DNA from: the human T2T-CHM13v2.0 reference genome, Homo sapiens
NCBI RefSeq assembly: GCF_009914755.1
Contig: NC_060929.1
Length of the DNA: 64,000 nucleotides
Strand: one strand, 5' to 3'
Positions within the stretch are counted from its first letter, which is position 1; every line of letters starts with the position of its first letter. Below, in pieces: positions 63,469 to 64,000 of this stretch. The notes beneath the pieces were generated by a model. That model searched no databases. It was given only the letters and a program-made list of their open reading frames with translations, and was not told the DNA's origin. Both the position numbers and the translations under genes were made by a program.

Positions 63469-63473
<5 letters not shown>

Positions 63474-63508
<35 letters not shown>
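63474..63508. repeat. (TG)n microsatellite, about 17 units
   Basis: uninterrupted TG run ~115 nt upstream of the last exon. Confidence 0.95.
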
Positions 63509-63514
<6 letters not shown>

Positions 63515-63622
63515 CAGGGAGAGAGAAATTGAATGGATTCTTTTAGCTATAAACAATTGTGGGAATATATGATCTGCCTAGGCTTTCATGTGGGTTGTAA
63601 TTGTCAACTTTTTATTTCACAG

Positions 63623-63705
63623 TGTGTGGACAATATACGATGTAATGGTTTAATGACTATAGTGTTTGAAGAGAATTCCAAAGTCACTGTGCCACATATG
63701 ATTAA
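63623..63705 (+). CDS. RASGRF2: RASGRF2 coding exon (probably exon 13)
   Basis: tttcacag|TGTGTG...ATTAA|gtaagt; 83 nt; [27 protein letters not shown](K); in frame with the previous exon. Confidence 0.94.
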
Positions 63706-64000
63706 GTAAGTGTGAGAATCCTTTCCTTTACATTTTAATCAAGATTAAATTGGCGGAACATGTAAAACCTTGAATAAAATACTGTGTCAATAGAATTCTG
63801 CTTCTTGTTGAGAATATGTTTCTTGACAGGAATGCAGTGATTCATATGATTCCATTATAAATGAGACTATCAAAATGGTTTTTCACATTCACAGTTTATT
63901 AACTCATAGCATAGAAAAATTGTTTTTTATACTGTTACATATGTCTTCACTCAGGACAAAATCCTAAGATGTTCAAGTTCCATATAAAAATTAAAATAAT

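Overview
Primate (human-like) intragenic DNA, not prokaryotic. The window holds eleven internal + strand coding exons of RASGRF2 (Ras/Rac GEF; probably exons 3-13, numbering recalled rather than visible). They total 1443 nt, join in one continuous frame and encode the coiled-coil, IQ, DH (RhoGEF) and second PH regions. All intron boundaries seen are GT-AG. The introns carry a 4.2-kb 5'-truncated L1PA, about 15 Alu elements, MaLR/ERV LTRs, and L2, MIR, MER58 and old L1M remnants. The most notable observations are: (1) a CpG-dense patch just after exon 9 with a strong acceptor that splices in frame to a 100-codon alternative C-terminus or poison exon; (2) a probable L1 3' transduction with its own AATAAA and second poly(A) tail; (3) a template-switch inversion forming a ~49-bp-arm hairpin; (4) a phase-symmetric 492-nt exon block bracketed by inverted AluY copies, whose circle would be a stop-free ORF; (5) a near-perfect 127-bp x3 minisatellite and two local dispersed duplications. 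Repeat subfamily names come from recalled consensus features and are approximate. Counts were made by hand.
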